IMG/VR virus record: IMGVR_UViG_3300035696_000034
Span: 1-64,000 of that record
Length of the DNA stretch: 64,000 nt
From: a virus
Taxonomy: Duplodnaviria; Caudoviricetes
Reading direction: 5' to 3' (one strand)
Numbering within the stretch: position 1 is the stretch's first letter; each line of letters opens with the position of its first letter. A program made the translations under genes and the position numbers. The notes beneath the pieces were generated by a model. It did not search any database, was not told where the DNA came from, and was given only the letters and a program-made list of their open reading frames with translations. Shown one piece after another: positions 61,501-64,000 of this stretch.

Positions 61501-64000
61501 GTTTTTCAGTTTCATCAGTTTTGCCTGCCATCGACTTCTCTATCTTAACAAGTTCTTCTCTAGCCTTTTTGAGTTCAGTATCATTCAGGAATCTTCGTCT
61601 GGTTTCGTTAGCCAGATAATCTCCTAGTTTACCAGGGATCCTTAGAGATTTCTTTATTCCCTCATCTACTTGTCTTGAAACATCTGCATCGGGATTGCTA
61701 ATCATATCCGGAAGACCTTCTTTTTCCAAATATTCCAGATATCTTTCGACAAGTCTATTCGTATCCTGCTTCAAAAATCCAGGGAATGCTCTAGGTCCTA
61801 AAGGTGTCTCTCTCTTCTTAGGGAAAGCTATATCATACATCAATGTTTTGTTTGAAGGAGCTTCCATTCTTTCTGCAGCTGATTTCAATATAGATTCCGA
61901 GAAGTCTCTTAATTTGGAAGCTGCATCAAACATGAACGTGGCATTTTTCTCTATTTCACCTTTTGGAAGTTCTACAAATAGTCCGGGCATATACAAGTTG
62001 TCAAAAAATTCCTTAACTTTTTCAATTTCTTTATCAAGGTCGTATTTATCCAATTTCTTTACAAGCTCATTTAATATCGCCTTCATCTCATCAAGAGAAG
62101 GACCCCATCCACCATAAGGATTATCTTTGTTTGACGGCCCCTCTTCTATTATACTTTTCAATTTTAATTCTAGTGTTGCAGCCACATCGGAAACTTCGTC
62201 TTTCAAACTAGCGATAGCGTCTGCATCGCCCATAAACTTTTCATAAGCTTTTTGATATTTCTCTGTCTTCATGGAGAGTTTAGTTTGAAATTCAGGTTCT
62301 TTTTTAGCCTGTCCAATCTCCCTTGCTTTAGCCTGGGCTGCTGATTCTGACTCAGGAAAATCTTTCCCAAGCTCTTTAATTCTTTTTTTATCTTCTGGAC
62401 TTTCTGGAGTAGGAACAGACGGTCTGTTCCAACGAATCCTAAATTCTTCCTCACGCATCAAATCCGTAAAATGATTGTTGAGCTCCTTGATGTTATCCCC
62501 AATCATCTTTACATTTCTACGTGCTTCCACAGTATCTCGCTGATAGGTTGCTAGAGCATCTTTTTTTGACTTTATGTAATCTATGTATCTTGTAACTGTG
62601 GCTTTTACGCCCTTCAGATTTAACTTACGAAGTTTTAGGAGACGAACAGCAATAGATCGATTATCTGAAATAGCTTTCTTCAATGCGTCTTGTTTTGTTT
62701 TATCCCCTTCTTTTTTAAGGGAATCAATAAGTCTCTTGTCTCTGTCCATAAGATTTTTTATTTCAAGATTTTCAAGACGAGGCTTGTATATTCCATCTTC
62801 AACATTCAAAATGAGAGGCAGATCCGCTGAGGAGATGTCCATACCTTCAAGAGTTTTCTCTATATTTTCTACATATTCCTGCATTTCTCCCACAGGAGGA
62901 ATAACAGACTTCAAGGATTTTGCAAGTCTGTCCATCTCTACTTGCCAATTCGTTTTTCTCAGATTATCCTTCAACCTTGTAACTTGGAGTAATCCTGCAC
63001 GGACTACTTCAGATACTCTTTGAAATTCTTCAGGTTTTGCATGTTGTTTGAGATAATCTTGTCTTCTGAACTCTTTACGCTCTTCTTCAGTAAGGGGCTC
63101 TTGTCCTTCTTGAAACTCTATACGTGTTTTTGGACGGACTTCAGCCTCAAAATATTTATCAAGTTTAGTTTTATCCAACCACTGTTCTTCGTATTTATTA
63201 AGGCCACCGTGTGCTTTTATTTTTTTATCTCTTATAGTATTGAATAATTTCGTAAGTAAGTCTTTTTTGATAGATGGATCCAATCTTTTTTTATGTAGCG
63301 ATTGGGCTATTTCAAAAGCCGTATCCTGGTTTATTTCAGGATGGATCTCGTTGAGACTTTGAAGAGGTCTATCTCTAAACTTAAAGAATTTCAAATCTGC
63401 CTGATCGAGCATATCCTCTTTGACTTTTACAGCATTTTTAAAAGTTTCCCTGAACCTATCTATGAAGTTGCTCTTTTCAGCTATAGACATGTTTCCAGCA
63501 GCTTCAGAATTGTTAAAGGCTTTTATGGCCTCATAATAACTATCTCTCGTAGCAGAGGGGGATATTTTACCTTGTTCAAAACCGAAAAGTTTCAACTCTT
63601 CCGGAGAAAGAAATCCAGTTTTTTTGGTTGTTTCTGTAACAGGGGCAGCTGGTTGCGTGGCTTTGAGAGATTTTTCGAAAGCTCCCATTATATTTTCAGC
63701 AGCGCTCGAAGGAGTTGAGAGTAAAGCTGTTTTTGTTTCCTCATTAGTTACATCTTTAGCCATAACTTCTAAAGAATGGTACAGCTGACGGAGAGTATTA
63801 TCCGTACCCTTTGCTCTATCTGTATCGACCATAGCTTTAAATTCTGGGTTGGTCTGATACATATCCTTAAGGATTTTTACGGTTTCTGCAAAAAAACCTG
63901 CCAGCGGCAAATTACCTATGGTTCTAATGACCGGTTTAGTAAAACCCAATTGCTCCGGCTTTACTGGCATCATTGTATGAGGCTTAACTCTCTCCAACAG
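58580..64000 (-). CDS. Very large helical/coiled-coil protein, more than 1805 aa, 5'-partial; probably virion-associated
   Basis: Open to the window edge; K/E-rich heptad-like composition; no catalytic motif recognised. Confidence 0.8.
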   Translation of the reverse strand: MLERVKPHTMMPVKPEQLGFTKPVIRTIGNLPLAGFFAETVKILKDMYQTNPEFKAMVDTDRAKGTDNTLRQLYHSLEVMAKDVTNEETKTALLSTPSSAAENIMGAFEKSLKATQPAAPVTETTKKTGFLSPEELKLFGFEQGKISPSATRDSYYEAIKAFNNSEAAGNMSIAEKSNFIDRFRETFKNAVKVKEDMLDQADLKFFKFRDRPLQSLNEIHPEINQDTAFEIAQSLHKKRLDPSIKKDLLTKLFNTIRDKKIKAHGGLNKYEEQWLDKTKLDKYFEAEVRPKTRIEFQEGQEPLTEEERKEFRRQDYLKQHAKPEEFQRVSEVVRAGLLQVTRLKDNLRKTNWQVEMDRLAKSLKSVIPPVGEMQEYVENIEKTLEGMDISSADLPLILNVEDGIYKPRLENLEIKNLMDRDKRLIDSLKKEGDKTKQDALKKAISDNRSIAVRLLKLRKLNLKGVKATVTRYIDYIKSKKDALATYQRDTVEARRNVKMIGDNIKELNNHFTDLMREEEFRIRWNRPSVPTPESPEDKKRIKELGKDFPESESAAQAKAREIGQAKKEPEFQTKLSMKTEKYQKAYEKFMGDADAIASLKDEVSDVAATLELKLKSIIEEGPSNKDNPYGGWGPSLDEMKAILNELVKKLDKYDLDKEIEKVKEFFDNLYMPGLFVELPKGEIEKNATFMFDAASKLRDFSESILKSAAERMEAPSNKTLMYDIAFPKKRETPLGPRAFPGFLKQDTNRLVERYLEYLEKEGLPDMISNPDADVSRQVDEGIKKSLRIPGKLGDYLANETRRRFLNDTELKKAREELVKIEKSMAGKTDETEKPVEEGLRDKLQTLRDKHIKQIEGALEFVLDPLEKLEKSVAGEKAKLPGAQKAEEAKISTLKDLITWSENKKNSKGISVMERIVNPDLKRTKESIQEEVAAWAKEPNNNEVIVGLKEGKRQGDISAFLKSYNDKFGTKYTDLPPWAEMRKDLNRFVNNELKGSVAKDKEDDKTFIDKFNEIAGTSFKELPSKKDIEDHWKVIEGTPLDLSKFIKSKEQALKSLKEMPKEVEKEVRKMPSDVTSSRWYKELQKDRSRHKTRWIENLLKGVTEPIDDDEKYKTGVDSLKSNIVSILNEKNEHINRVKKVPVSRIKAQFDEQLAATKAMLENVPKAGPVIDYRSPAEKKINVPKPEALNIRNFKVSVIQPLNAILAAKDSIGIMQEAKEGLITQYNNLKNFYEERARATPAGGDISEKFKMEKEQENVLNKINANISYYYSEIEKSKKVVDDMAARAYENSADFLKSISDLIKRGRTYQESKELAKVLDPKFTDLRSIIEEVKKFQEDYKKVIEHDKEVMLTVQEQTIPTKKRDIEKKAAPVTDPYGEYAQMSPYERALEERPGKEDLIVKDKPELYKKIEKTISYFKKVLKEGPSDSFKYFDEISKDVPSYIKALREEIIPGLKALLKQQVEIPGGTGNIITTLEDAVPTLENLMQEYSSENVKIKNRLEDEAKKYEGTLNKIRGLEEFINPKTGEFIDFTDQEKDMLKRLFLRQLYRSLDDLWAQIPAQIMPSMGPRDSEYYNNVWRAYKDFSGVKSNRRLMNFMNLVKADIRAKDTPGGEFEIKGMFLKSQQLEKRKEELERGVRELGLDPEKNKDIQELNGLIASMKKKERVVDKVFDKMLEGAELSYISKIRASLRDKMKAYAKDKEDQELIEELPTKTKEEKAAKAVSSEVDNMLTTVEKSKFTPSFKEDVDKTVARAESLIASLEKELSKGEWSIESSSYRNHKLFNPRILYGSTMQATIKDLLKWELQI

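Noticed and set aside
54138-63718. Numerous 60-146 aa plus-strand ORFs opposite cca and the giant gene
   Set aside because: Ser/Phe/Leu-rich antisense artefacts of K/E-rich minus-strand genes.
1-64000. TAG reassignment (genetic code 15) suggested by the suppressor tRNA
   Set aside because: Long genes have no in-frame TAG, and TAG terminates genes at expected C-termini with the next gene or feature directly after (for example 46893, 49563, 40346).

Overview
A 64-kb segment of a large (jumbo-type) lytic bacteriophage genome, read in the standard genetic code. It holds about 34 tRNA or tRNA-like genes in three amino-acid-sorted arrays: A (Pro/Asn/Gln plus an amber suppressor), B (Met/Ile/Phe/Ser-GCT/Asp) and C (Cys/Leu/Tyr/His/Trp/Thr/Ala/Ser-UCN). 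Small hypothetical genes, free-standing HNH/GIY-YIG endonucleases and two TnpB-type elements are interspersed. Translation-support and metabolic genes include ThyX, a Pth2-like hydrolase, HNH-RNA ligase, PNK/phosphatase, a CCA-adding enzyme, a CoaD-CoaE fusion, HPRT, HPr, a sigma70-family factor and Hsp20. A minus-strand block of probable virion genes lies at the right end. Main observation: each tRNA array begins with the same unit, below the ORF-track cutoff: a sigma70-like promoter, a 26-41 codon leader peptide, and an overlapping antiterminator/intrinsic terminator. Each leader is packed with the codons read by the tRNAs of its own array, even splitting Ser AGY from Ser UCN correctly. This is trp/his-type ribosome-mediated attenuation applied to tRNA gene arrays, which I do not know to have been described. 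Other candidates: a double-amber mini-ORF gating the RBS of the Pth2 locus, a TnpB-like element carrying a synonymously recoded copy of the gene end it interrupts, aberrant tRNAs (D-armless Trp, hairpin-interrupted Leu) and several structured ncRNAs. All structures were paired by eye; no folding program or database search was run.
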